DNA of 64,000 nucleotides from Escherichia coli (GCF_017348835.2 NZ_CP071375.1), one strand, 5' to 3'; positions 8,861 to 19,762 are shown, counted from the stretch's first letter. Notes: generated by a model from the sequence alone, not told the origin. Numbers and translations: made by a program.

Positions 8861-11725
8861 TTATACAGAGGATTTCGGTGCTTCAACAGGAGGTATGCCC
8901 TCACAGGAGACATCTATAACTATCGCTGATAAGCGGTCTCTTTTATCAACCGGCACAGTTTCATTAAGCATATTTTCCATTGCACTGGCGTTTTCAGGTT
9001 GAGATGTATTTTTCGCCAAATGAGGCAGGGAATTCGGTCGAGCAGAACCAAACCAAAAAACCAGATAGATACCGTGACCAGCAGCATCGGGGTTTTTAGT
9101 ATAAAGCTTGTCCAATTGCCCATTAAGTGCAGTCCAGACATCACGATGATAATCACGCTTTATCTCGATAGGTATTTTTATCTGCGGTAGTGAAACAATG
9201 ATATCTGCCCTTTTATCAGAAACCATGTGTCCTTCTGGTTCACAGCTTATTTTTAATGGATTAAGCCGGACACGGAGTAAATCCAGAAAAATATTACGGC
9301 AACTCTCTTCAGGTTTAGGCGTTAGGGTACGGCCATAGCTGTCTTCATTCCAGAATTGCTTATAAATATCGGTATTTTCATTGGCAATTCGGTTAGAAAT
9401 ATCCCGTATATGATCAAGCAATAATGAGTAAAGATCCATTATGTTGGCAGGCGTTTTATTCATCAATGTACTTACAGTCTGCTTCCAGTCGGCATGATGG
9501 AACTGTGATTCTCTATAACGAATTTTCTGATTGCTTTGGGCATGTGAGAGATGATCCCGATAACTTTCACATTCAGGCAGCAGTAATAAGCGCTCAAGTA
9601 CTTCACTAGCATCGTATAAAGAAATAGAAGAAACTTCGCTAATCAATGCTCTGATAAATTCTGCATAATCCCAGCTATTTCTTGAACCATGACTTTCATC
9701 TACTGGATGATAAGCATTAGGGAAATGCGTTGCTGAAACTCTAATGATGGTTTCTAATTGAATTAAAGAAAGCTCTTGATTATTATTTTCTCTCCGTCTT
9801 CTGGTATTACCAGTTAACTCACGCACAATCCAAATGATCTCAGGATCTGACTTAGCCTCAGATACAAACAAATCATAAGCCTGTTCGGGTTGTAGCAAAT
9901 AACAACACGATAACCAAATATGATAGTTAACCTTCCTTAATACACCTCGTCGATTAACCATAAGTTGAGATAGTTCCAGTAATTCTTCGTGTATCTGTGG
10001 ACGTGCCAGTAGCCATTCAACCAAGCTTTGTGTATGATTAATATCATCAGGATATTTTTTAGCAAAATACATAACTAAAGGGATGACGTGAGAATCTCGT
10101 AGTGATTTCTCATGTAGAACATAGTTCAATGCCATAATATGCTGAAATTTATTTTTCATACAAAAGTCTATTATATAACTATATGTTTCTATGAAAAGAT
10201 CTTCTCGATACAGTATTACATACTTTTTCCATGGTATTGAATATATAGTGATAACATTGTCTTCTTTAACATGGATTGGTAATCTCGCATCCAATGTTAT
10301 TAACATTTTTAGCAATTCATTATCCCAAAGAGTTATGTCATCTTCCATTTCCCATAGTTCGTCACTTCCCGCCAATATAGCATACCACCATTCATAATAT
10401 TCACCTTTTATTAAGGAGTCATTAATATCATCTATAGACGGAAGATCTGCACGGCCTAATAGAGCCACAAGACCAGAAATGGCATCTACAGCACTTTTAT
10501 CCCCAAGATTCGATGAAAGACGCTCAAAGCAGGATAGTTTTTCATCTACATCGTTATATAATGCATAATAAATATATGCAACATGCTTAAGCCATCCTAA
10601 ATGTTCACCCGAAACAATCTGTTCTCTTAATTGCTGAAATTCTACTTTATCTGAATCAATAATATTTTGTTTTTCTCTCTCCCTTTCTATCCTGCTGATA
10701 TTAATTTTTACCCGCCAATCATCAATCTCACAGACTAATGCACCTTCTAAAATAGAAAAAAGCTCATTACTCATTCCACCATAAGTAATAAGAAAATCAA
10801 ATACCTGCTGTGGCGGAGCATCACAACTCCAAAGAGTAGGAAATGCTAATTGATAAATAAACTTTGTCTTATCTGTAGTACCTCCATTACTCGATAAATA
10901 GTGTGTGAAACGGGATAATAAAAGCTCACGAGGAATGACGCCAAATGTACTTTGTCCAAACTCATGTAAAAAAAGATATCCTGTATTATATCTAGTAAAA
11001 GATGTTATTGCTGCATCTATAATATCTTCATGCTGCCAATCACGTTCTTTTAGCAACTGGACAATCTGGGTTGTTTTATTATCAAAACTACTATAATGCT
11101 CTTTATACCAGTGATGAACATACAGACATATCCATATCTGTTCAGCAGTATACTGATCTTTCGTATTAAGGATAATCACTAGACCACTTTCAATATAATA
11201 CAAAACTTCATGACGATTTCTTGGTGATGAATACCAGTTGTCTATATTTTCATTTTGGTATTGATAGAGGCATTCAAATATTGTCATTATCTCCTCGGCA
11301 GGAACAACATCAATTATCCCCCATAGAGATCCTACCGGCAAACGTTCTTTAATAATACTTAAGGTATCAATCAGGAGTTTTGCCACATCCAATGCAGAAA
11401 AATAATCTTTATAAAGCAATTGAATAATGTGGTTACGCAATCGAATATTGTCGTGATTAATCTCGTTCAATTCAGAATAAATTTTGACGACTTCTTTAAT
11501 ACCTGATAGACCCGAGTGTATTAATGCCGTTATCGCTTCTTCTTTCTCGGCATATGAATGACGTTCAGATTTAACAACATCAATTAAATCCTCATTCAAT
11601 GACAATATTGGGGTTGCGACAGATAGAGATTCGAGAATAAGCATACGCAGAGAAAATCGCGATTTGGGATCATGAATAATCAGGCGCAAGTGTGCTTCCA
11701 TCTCCTCGCTCACGAAGCCATTCAA
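8861..11725 (-). CDS. Large hypothetical protein with C-terminal PD-(D/E)xK-like nuclease motif; N-terminus may be truncated by the adjacent IS
   Basis: 954 aa, AT-rich, mostly helical-looking. C-terminal RADIIVSL...IPIEIKRD fits D-x(n)-E-x-K of the restriction-endonuclease fold. No Walker A motif found. Frame stays open upstream to a stop inside the IS end, so the true start is uncertain (TTG at 11725 or ATG at 11701). Confidence 0.6.
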   Translation of the reverse strand: MNGFVSEEMEAHLRLIIHDPKSRFSLRMLILESLSVATPILSLNEDLIDVVKSERHSYAEKEEAITALIHSGLSGIKEVVKIYSELNEINHDNIRLRNHIIQLLYKDYFSALDVAKLLIDTLSIIKERLPVGSLWGIIDVVPAEEIMTIFECLYQYQNENIDNWYSSPRNRHEVLYYIESGLVIILNTKDQYTAEQIWICLYVHHWYKEHYSSFDNKTTQIVQLLKERDWQHEDIIDAAITSFTRYNTGYLFLHEFGQSTFGVIPRELLLSRFTHYLSSNGGTTDKTKFIYQLAFPTLWSCDAPPQQVFDFLITYGGMSNELFSILEGALVCEIDDWRVKINISRIEREREKQNIIDSDKVEFQQLREQIVSGEHLGWLKHVAYIYYALYNDVDEKLSCFERLSSNLGDKSAVDAISGLVALLGRADLPSIDDINDSLIKGEYYEWWYAILAGSDELWEMEDDITLWDNELLKMLITLDARLPIHVKEDNVITIYSIPWKKYVILYREDLFIETYSYIIDFCMKNKFQHIMALNYVLHEKSLRDSHVIPLVMYFAKKYPDDINHTQSLVEWLLARPQIHEELLELSQLMVNRRGVLRKVNYHIWLSCCYLLQPEQAYDLFVSEAKSDPEIIWIVRELTGNTRRRRENNNQELSLIQLETIIRVSATHFPNAYHPVDESHGSRNSWDYAEFIRALISEVSSISLYDASEVLERLLLLPECESYRDHLSHAQSNQKIRYRESQFHHADWKQTVSTLMNKTPANIMDLYSLLLDHIRDISNRIANENTDIYKQFWNEDSYGRTLTPKPEESCRNIFLDLLRVRLNPLKISCEPEGHMVSDKRADIIVSLPQIKIPIEIKRDYHRDVWTALNGQLDKLYTKNPDAAGHGIYLVFWFGSARPNSLPHLAKNTSQPENASAMENMLNETVPVDKRDRLSAIVIDVSCEGIPPVEAPKSSV

Positions 11726-11814
11726 ATTAGAAGAAAAGCCGTGGTTTCTAAACCAAGGATTGAACCGCCCCGGAAATCCTGGAGACTAAACTCCCTGAGA
11801 AAGAGGTAAACAGG

Positions 11815-12141
11815 ATGACTAAAAATACTCGTTTTTCCCCCGAAGTCCGTCAGCGGGCGATTCGTATGGTTCTGGAAAGTCAGGATGAATATGACTCACA
11901 GTGGGCGGCAATTTGTTCCATTGCCCCAAAGATTGGCTGTACGCCGGAGACTCTGCGTGTCTGGGTTCGCCAGCATGAGCGGGATACCGGGAGTGGTGAT
12001 GGTGGACTCACCACCGCTGAACGTCAGCGTCTGAAAGAGCTGGAACGTGAAAATCGTGAACTGCGCCGCAGTAACGATATCCTTCGCCAGGCTTCCGCTT
12101 ATTTTGCGAAGGCGGAGTTCGACCGCCTCTGGAAAAAATAA
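11815..12141 (+). CDS. IS3-family transposase OrfA (helix-turn-helix/leucine-zipper part)
   Basis: 108-aa ORF with the IS629/IS1203-type OrfA sequence. Confidence 0.85.
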   Translation: MTKNTRFSPEVRQRAIRMVLESQDEYDSQWAAICSIAPKIGCTPETLRVWVRQHERDTGSGDGGLTTAERQRLKELERENRELRRSNDILRQASAYFAKAEFDRLWKK

Positions 12142-13028
12142 TGCCACTGCTGGATAAGCTGCGTGAGCAGTACGGGGTCGGACCGGTATGCAGCGAACTG
12201 CATATTGCCCCGTCAACGTATTACCATTGTCAGCAACAGCGACATCATCCGGATAAACGCAGTGCCCGTGCGCAGCACGATGACTGGCTGAAGAAAGAGA
12301 TACAGCGCGTATACGATGAAAATCACCAGGTATACAGTGTGCGTAAAGTCTGGCGTCAGTTGTTACGGGAAGGTATCAGAGTGGCCAGATGCACTGTGGC
12401 ACGTCTCATGGCAGTTATGGGACTTGCCGGTGTTCTCCGGGGTAAAAAGGTCCGCACTACCGTCAGCCGGAAAGCCGTTGCCGCATGCGACCGCGTAAAC
12501 CGTCAGTTCGTGGCAGAACGTCCAGACCAGTTGTGGGTGGCTGATTTTACCTGGGTAAGCACATGGCAGGGCTTCGTTTATGTGGCGTTCATCATTGATG
12601 TGTTCGCCGGATACATCGTGGGATGGCAGGTCTCATCATCCATGGAAACAACATTCGTGCTGGATGCACTGGAGCAGGCGTTGTGGGCCCGTCGGCCGTC
12701 CGGCACAATCCATCACAGTGATAAAGGTTCTCAGTATGTATCGCTGGCCTACACGCAGCGGCTTAAGGAAGCCGGATTACTGGCATCAACAGGGAGTACT
12801 GGCGACTCGTATGACAACGCGATGGCTGAGAGCATCAATGGTCTTTACAAAGCGGAGGTAATACACCGTAAGAGCTGGAAAAACCGGACAGAAGTGGAAC
12901 TGGCCACACTAACGTGGGTGGACTGGTATAACAATCGACGATTGCTGGAAAGGCTGGGCCATATTCCTCCGGCAGAAGCAGAAAAAGCTTATTATGCTTC
13001 CATCGGAAATAATGATCTGGCAGCCTGA
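12141..13028 (+). CDS. IS3-family transposase OrfB (DDE catalytic part)
   Basis: 295-aa ORF overlapping orfA as in IS3-family frameshift arrangements. Confidence 0.85.
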   Translation: MPLLDKLREQYGVGPVCSELHIAPSTYYHCQQQRHHPDKRSARAQHDDWLKKEIQRVYDENHQVYSVRKVWRQLLREGIRVARCTVARLMAVMGLAGVLRGKKVRTTVSRKAVAACDRVNRQFVAERPDQLWVADFTWVSTWQGFVYVAFIIDVFAGYIVGWQVSSSMETTFVLDALEQALWARRPSGTIHHSDKGSQYVSLAYTQRLKEAGLLASTGSTGDSYDNAMAESINGLYKAEVIHRKSWKNRTEVELATLTWVDWYNNRRLLERLGHIPPAEAEKAYYASIGNNDLAA

Positions 13029-13070
13029 GTTCACAGATAAAACACTCTCCAGGAAACCCGGGGCGGTTCA

Positions 13071-16000
13071 CTGCATCACTGGCTAATAATGGTGCCAGCG
13101 ACAACAAAACTGTGCATTTTATTGGCGACACAGCGGCGGCAAAAATTATCGAGTTGACGCCTGTCCCAAACAGCATAATCGCCGGTACCCCGCAGAACAG
13201 CTCCGGCAGCGTCATCACCGCCACAGTCGTTGATAATAATGGCTTTCCGGTGAAAGGTGTGACTGTGAACTTCACCAGCAGAACAAATTCTGCCGAAATG
13301 ACGAATGGCGGCCAAGCCGTAACGAACGAACTGGGTAAGGCTACCATCACTTATACCAATACCCGCTCCTCGATAGAATCAGGAGCGAGACCGGATACCG
13401 TTGAGGCCAGTCTGGAAAATGGTAGCTCCACGCTTAGCACATCAATTAATGTCAATGCTGATGCGTCTACGGCACATCTCACTTTGCTACATGCACTTTT
13501 TGATACAGTCTCCGCAGGCGAGACAACCAGTCTGTATATTGAGGTGAAGGATAATTACGGCAACGGTGTCCCCCAGCATCAGGTAACCCTCAGCGTTTCA
13601 CCAAGTGAAGGCGTGACCCTCAGTAATAACGGTATATATACTACCAACTACTACGGCTATTTTTACGCAAGCTTTACCGCTACAAAAGCCGGGGTTTATC
13701 AAGTGACGGCAACCCTCGATAATGGCGATTCGATGCAACAAACAGTGACCTACGTGCCGAACGTCGCGAATGCCGAAATCACGCTGGCAGCCTCGAAGGA
13801 TCCGGTGGTTGCCGACAATAACGATTTCACGACACTAACAGCAACAGTCGCTGATACAGAAGGCAATGCGATAGCCAACGCTGAGGTAACATTTACTCTG
13901 TCGGAAGATGTGAGGGCGAACTTCACGCTGAGCGATGGCGGTAAAGCGATTACTAATGCTGAAGGCAAAGCGAAAGTCACGCTGAAAGGTACAAAAGCAG
14001 GCGCTCATACCGTGACAGCATCAATGGCTGGCGGTAAGAGTGAGCAGTTGGTGGTGAACTTTACTGCGGATACGCTCACTGCGCAGGTTAATCTTAACGT
14101 TACCGAGGACAATTTCATCGTCAATAACATTGGGATGACCAAACTTCAGGCAACAGTGACTGATGGAAACGGCAACCCGTTAGCCAATGAGGCGGTAACA
14201 TTCACACTACCGGCAGATGTGAGCGCAAGCTTCACTCTCGGACAAGGCGGTTCCGCCATTACAGACATCAACGGCAAGGCTGAAGTTACACTGAGCGGTA
14301 CAAAATCCGGCACCTACCCCGTGACAGTTAGCGTGAACAATTATGGTGTCAGTGATACGAAACAGGTGACTTTGATTGCCGATGCTGGTACCGCTCAATT
14401 GGCTGGTTTTACCGCATCATCGGGCTCATTTACCGCGAGCACAACCGAGGGCGCGACCCTGACGGCAAGCGTCACAGACGCTTACGGCAACCCGCTAGAA
14501 GGCATCATGGTCAATTTCCACGGCAGCGCCACGCTGAGTAACACCAACGTCGAAACGGATGCTCAGGGTAAGGCAGAAGTTCTTGTGACCAGCACCATTG
14601 CAGGAACGAAAGTAATTACAGCTAATCTGGCAAATGCACCTACCGAAGCCGCCATGCGAACGTTGACTGTCAAAGCAGATATTGATTCTGCGACGATCAC
14701 CAGTCTGGAAATGCCTGAAGGTCAGGTAATAATCAGAGAACCCATAGCGGTTAAAGCACACGTCGACGACCAGTTTGGCAATCCAGTTGCTGACCAGCTT
14801 GTGACATTCAGTGCAGAGCCATCAAGTTTTAACATGGTCATTAGTCAGGATACGGTTTCTACGAATAGGCAGGGTATAGCTGAGGTCACCATGACGCCCG
14901 AAAGATACGGTTCGTATACTGTGAAAGCATCCCTGGCGAATGGATCCTCTTATGAGAAGGATCTGGTGGTAATCGCTCTAAGACTAACACTCACAGCATC
15001 AAGTCAACTTATCGGCGTCAATGACCCATCGGGAGCAACTCTGACTGTAAGGTTAACTCATGCAAACGGGGCTCCATTGAGCCATGAACTCGTTACCTTT
15101 AGCGTAACGCCCGAAGGTGCAACATTAAGTAGCCAAACGGCGACAACCAACACTTCAGGTGAGGCACAAGTCGTTCTGACCAGCAATAAAGTCGGTACAT
15201 ATGCGGTGACAGCATCGATTCATAGCGGCGTAATTATTCAGACACAGACAACCGTGAAGGTTACTGGCAACCCAAGCACCGCACATGTTGCTAGTTTTAT
15301 CGCTGATCCGTCGACTATCACGGCCAACAATAGTGATATCAGCACGCTAAAGGCTACTGTTGAGGATGGCAGTGGTAACCTGGTCGAAGGGGTCAATGTA
15401 AACTTCGTCTTAAAAAGCGGCTCTGCCACATTGACGTCATTAACAGCGGTGACCGATCAAAACGGACTCGCGACAACGAGCGTGAGAGGAGCTATGACGG
15501 GGAGCGTCACGGTAAGCGCAGATACGAGCTATGGTGGAGCGCAAACAGTAGATATAACGCTGGTGGCAGGCCCGGCAGACGCTTCGCAGTCCGTCCTTAA
15601 GAACAACCGGTCATCACTGAAAGGGGACTTTACCGAAAGTGCTGAACTACATCTTGTTCTGCACGATCTATCAGGCCATCCGCTCAATGTTTCTGAAGGG
15701 ATGGAATTTGTGCAATCAGGTACCAACGTGCCCTATGTGCAAGTTAGTGCAATTGACTACAGCAAAAATTTCTCCGGCGAGTACAAAGCCACTGTTACAG
15801 GCGGCGGAGAGGGTATCGCAACGCTGATCCCCGTGTTGAATGGTGTTCACCAGGCAGGTCTGAATACCACGATAGAATTCATTCGCGCGGAAGCCAGACC
15901 AATGACCGGTACAGTGTCAGTCAATGGTGCGACCCTACCGGCAGCTTCATTCCCTTCGCAGGGATTTACCGGGGCGTATTATCAGTTGAATAATGACAAC

Positions 16001-16498
16001 TTTGCACCAGGAAAAACGGCGGCTGATTATACGTTTTCAAGCTCTGCCTCCTAGGTTGATGTTGATGCTTCCGGTAAGGTGACATTCAAAAATGTCGGAG
16101 ATAGAAATGCTGTAATAATCACGGCGACCCCAAGATCAGGTGGCGCTATTTACCAAACGCAAGTACGGGTGAAGGGCTGGTGGGTGAATCACGGTAATAA
16201 CCTCATGCAATTAAGCCAGGCTGAAAACTACTGCAGCAACCAGGTCGGTAATGGCTACACCCTTCCCCGCGCGGACCTTTTAAGCAATGGACACATGCGG
16301 CGCGAAATAGGGTCACTGTATGGTGAATGGGGAGATATGGGAAATTACATGAGCGAAGCTGATTTTTATTCAATGGTATATTGGTCATCTAATTCTGCAG
16401 GCGCAGGCCAACAATACATTGTCTCCCTGGAAACAGGGACACAAAACACTTATCAAACGCATGAATTTTTTTATGGGGCGTGTTATAAACAGATTTAA
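13071..16498 (+). pseudogene. yeeJ: yeeJ inverse-autotransporter adhesin remnant: 5-prime truncated at the IS and interrupted by an in-frame TAG at 16052-16054
   Basis: 980-aa ORF of repeated Ig-like (Big_1-type) domains begins right at the IS end with no signal or beta-barrel region. ORF 16079-16498 is in the same frame and encodes the C-terminal lectin-like domain. Confidence 0.75.
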
Positions 16499-17078
16499 TT
16501 TTTCGTTATAATTTCTTACAGAGTGCTCCATTTGGGGCGCTCTGCTTTTCATTCGTTTGCTGTCAAACGCTCCATTAATATACTTGCATTTTCCCATCCC
16601 CCCTGTTGGCCTGAAGATAGTCGAGCCTCCTTTCTTTTTTAATGAACGCTTTCACACATGGTATAACCATCTGTTCCACGCCAGCGGGAAATAAAGTATA
16701 TGATTTATTTTTGATAGCTATCATTTTTACTATGTAGTCTAATTACGTTTATGTTTAGCTAATTACTTAAGAAAGGAAGATATATCAGGACGTACAAACA
16801 ACATTAATTCACATGTCATTATTACAAATTACATCAGCGCCACTCATAATGATGTATGGCAGTTAACGGGGATTTAAGTTCAGGTTGCCTTATTTATCAT
16901 GGCGAGATATATTACAATGTTTTAGTTCCACCATATTCGCGTTCGATGTGACTATGATCGTATCCGGTAAGTACAGCTTTGATCCAAAGGCTGGTTTTCT
17001 GTGATGATTGACCAGCCTCAGAGTATTGATGACACCACCGTTCATAACAGATCGGTATTAATATGCATAAGTACTGCC

Positions 17079-18131
17079 TCAAATTCTCGCCAAAACACTT
17101 TTTAATGCCTTTGCGAATTCATCCAGACTTATATTGTCAATTTTTTTCCCAACGACGACTGACTCCGAAACATCGGCCATTGCGGGCCATCTCGTTTTGT
17201 AATCAGCATAAATTGCAACAACGGGAGTATTATAGGCACTTGCCATATGTAATATTGAGGTGTCAGGAGTTATTGCGATATAAGCATCTTTTATGATTGC
17301 TGCTGAACGTTTAATCGAGGGTGATAAGGATAAACGGTAGACATTATTATAACAATCCACTAATACCCTGGCTTTATCTTCCCCTTTTGGTCCATGAACG
17401 ATCACTATTGGTATATCTGTTTCACTTTGAATTTTTTCTATTAGATTTTCTGCAATCGATAGTGAAAATGTACGTTCCTGCGAGCTACCTTCTAAATTAA
17501 GCGCAATGTAAGATCCTAACGATCGCATTTCCTCGCGCACCTCATCGAGTACATCCTCACTTAGTGGCAATTCATATATTGGCCTGACTGCTAGAAAACC
17601 CGCCTCACGCATCATAAATGCCCATGTCATGGGTACAGGAGCCCGGAGATTCTGATCCATCCGGGACGCGTTCTTACACAAAGGGGAATAGCACTTCATG
17701 GTTAAACCAACAACCTGAAAATTCGTTTTTGCTTTCAACTGACTGATAAATAACATCGTTTTCAGGTTCTTTTTACGCATCGCCTCAATACAAAGATCCG
17801 GCGTACCGTATTGCTGTGTTATGTTCTTTGCTAAATCTTTTATTTCTTTTAATGTTGCGTGATCCTGCATAGTCATTGTGACTAATGTTAATTTAGTCTG
17901 TTCAAGTTTAAGCGCATTAAAGACTTCTAAATTAATTGTCGACGTTACAATTAAAAGATGCTTAATTTTATGCAATTCAAGCGCCCGAATAACAGGAAAG
18001 ATGGCCATAGCATCGCCAATCTGATCGGGAATATGGATGACAACAAAGTCTGTTTTTTCAATATTGAAATTATAAGCTTTATAATCGTAGTAACTAAATG
18101 CAATACGTCTCAACAATGATGCTAAAAACAT
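17079..18131 (-). CDS. yeeL: Putative glycosyltransferase, family 9 (heptosyltransferase-like)
   Basis: 350-aa uninterrupted ORF in the yeeL position between yeeJ and shiA. Confidence 0.65.
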   Translation of the reverse strand: MFLASLLRRIAFSYYDYKAYNFNIEKTDFVVIHIPDQIGDAMAIFPVIRALELHKIKHLLIVTSTINLEVFNALKLEQTKLTLVTMTMQDHATLKEIKDLAKNITQQYGTPDLCIEAMRKKNLKTMLFISQLKAKTNFQVVGLTMKCYSPLCKNASRMDQNLRAPVPMTWAFMMREAGFLAVRPIYELPLSEDVLDEVREEMRSLGSYIALNLEGSSQERTFSLSIAENLIEKIQSETDIPIVIVHGPKGEDKARVLVDCYNNVYRLSLSPSIKRSAAIIKDAYIAITPDTSILHMASAYNTPVVAIYADYKTRWPAMADVSESVVVGKKIDNISLDEFAKALKSVLARI

Positions 18132-18445
18132 ACCTAACCTCGCCTCCCTACTGGTTATAATGCAATGCAGTCTATCAGACTCATCAAGGTGCCATTTTGT
18201 GCATATGCGGACTTTTATGTTTCATATCTCAAACCTGTGGGGCCTCTGCTTAATCCTTAAACAACACCAGCAACTCCTGCGCTTTCATCTTCCAGCGAAT
18301 TTTTCATGTTGCCGTTAATCAGCCATAAAATCATTTGCAGATGCGCTCTGTCGAGGTAGTCTCATAAGGTTCGTTTATAGATCGACGGCAATGTGAGTTA
18401 CCTTTTCCATACTAATTATAAAAAGACAGTACAAACAGGATCATT

Positions 18446-19762
18446 ATGGACTCCACGCTCATCTCCACTCGTCCCGATGAAGGGACGCTTTCGTTAAGTC
18501 GCGCCCGACGAGCTGCGTTAGGCAGTTTCGCTGGTGCCGTCGTCGACTGGTATGATTTTTTACTCTATGGCATTACCGCCGCACTGGTGTTTAATCGCGA
18601 GTTTTTCCCGCAAGTAAGCCCGGCTATGGGAACGCTCGCCGCATTTGCCACCTTTGGCGTCGGATTCCTTTTCCGTCCGCTCGGCGGTGTCATTTTCGGT
18701 CACTTTGGCGACCGACTGGGACGTAAGCGCATGTTAATGCTGACCGTCTGGATGATGGGTATCGCGACAGCCTTGATTGGTATTCTTCCTTCATTCTCGA
18801 CCATTGGGTGGTGGGCACCTATTTTACTGGTGACGCTGCGTGCCATTCAGGGATTTGCCGTCGGCGGCGAATGGGGAGGCGCGGCGTTGCTTTCCGTTGA
18901 AAGTGCACCAAAAAATAAAAAAGCCTTTTACAGTAGCGGTGTACAAGTTGGCTACGGTGTAGGTTTACTGCTTTCAACCGGACTGGTTTCATTGATCAGT
19001 ATGATGACGACTGACGAACAGTTTTTAAGCTGGGGCTGGCGCATTCCTTTCCTGTTTAGCATCGTACTGGTACTGGGAGCATTGTGGGTGCGCAATGGCA
19101 TGGAAGAGTCCGCGGAATTTGAACAACAGCAACATAATCAAGCTGCCGCGAAAAAACGCATCCCGGTTATCGAAGCGCTGTTACGACATCCCGGTGCTTT
19201 CCTGAAGATTATTGCGCTACGACTGTGCGAATTGCTGACGATGTACATCGTTACTGCCTTTGCACTTAATTATTCAACCCAGAATATGGGGTTACCGCGC
19301 GAACTTTTCCTTAATATTGGTTTGCTGGTAGGTGGATTAAGCTGCCTGACAATTCCCTGTTTTGCCTGGCTTGCCGATCGTTTTGGTCGCCGCAGGGTTT
19401 ATATCACAGGCGCGTTAATCGGAACGTTGAGCGCATTTCCTTTCTTTATGGCGCTTGAAGCACAATCTATTTTCTGGATAGTTTTCTTCTCCATAATGCT
19501 GGCAAACATTGCGCATGACATGGTGGTGTGTGTGCAACAACCGATGTTTACCGAAATGTTTGGTGCCAGTTATCGCTATAGTGGTGCTGGAGTCGGTTAT
19601 CAGGTTGCCAGTGTGGTTGGCGGTGGATTTACACCTTTTATTGCCGCTGCGCTCATTACTTACTTTGCCGGGAACTGGCATAGCGTCGCCATTTATTTGC
19701 TGGCTGGATGTCTGATTTCCGCAATGACCGCTTTGTTGATGAAAGACAATCAACGCGCTTGA
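18446..19762 (+). CDS. shiA: Shikimate transporter (MFS)
   Basis: 438-aa MFS transporter in the conserved position upstream of amn. Confidence 0.9.
   Translation: MDSTLISTRPDEGTLSLSRARRAALGSFAGAVVDWYDFLLYGITAALVFNREFFPQVSPAMGTLAAFATFGVGFLFRPLGGVIFGHFGDRLGRKRMLMLTVWMMGIATALIGILPSFSTIGWWAPILLVTLRAIQGFAVGGEWGGAALLSVESAPKNKKAFYSSGVQVGYGVGLLLSTGLVSLISMMTTDEQFLSWGWRIPFLFSIVLVLGALWVRNGMEESAEFEQQQHNQAAAKKRIPVIEALLRHPGAFLKIIALRLCELLTMYIVTAFALNYSTQNMGLPRELFLNIGLLVGGLSCLTIPCFAWLADRFGRRRVYITGALIGTLSAFPFFMALEAQSIFWIVFFSIMLANIAHDMVVCVQQPMFTEMFGASYRYSGAGVGYQVASVVGGGFTPFIAAALITYFAGNWHSVAIYLLAGCLISAMTALLMKDNQRA

Larger units (their letters stand above)
11761..13070 (+). mobile_element. IS3-family insertion sequence, IS629/IS1203-like, copy 1 (1310 bp)
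   Basis: Ends tgaaccgccccgg...ccggggcggttca; orfA/orfB overlap; OrfA begins [15 protein letters not shown]. Flanks gat and ctg differ, so there is no target-site duplication. Confidence 0.85.

Noticed and set aside
16079-16498. ORF 16079-16498 as an independent 139-aa gene
   Set aside because: It is in the same frame as the yeeJ Ig-repeat ORF, separated only by a TAG codon, and encodes the expected C-terminal lectin-like domain.
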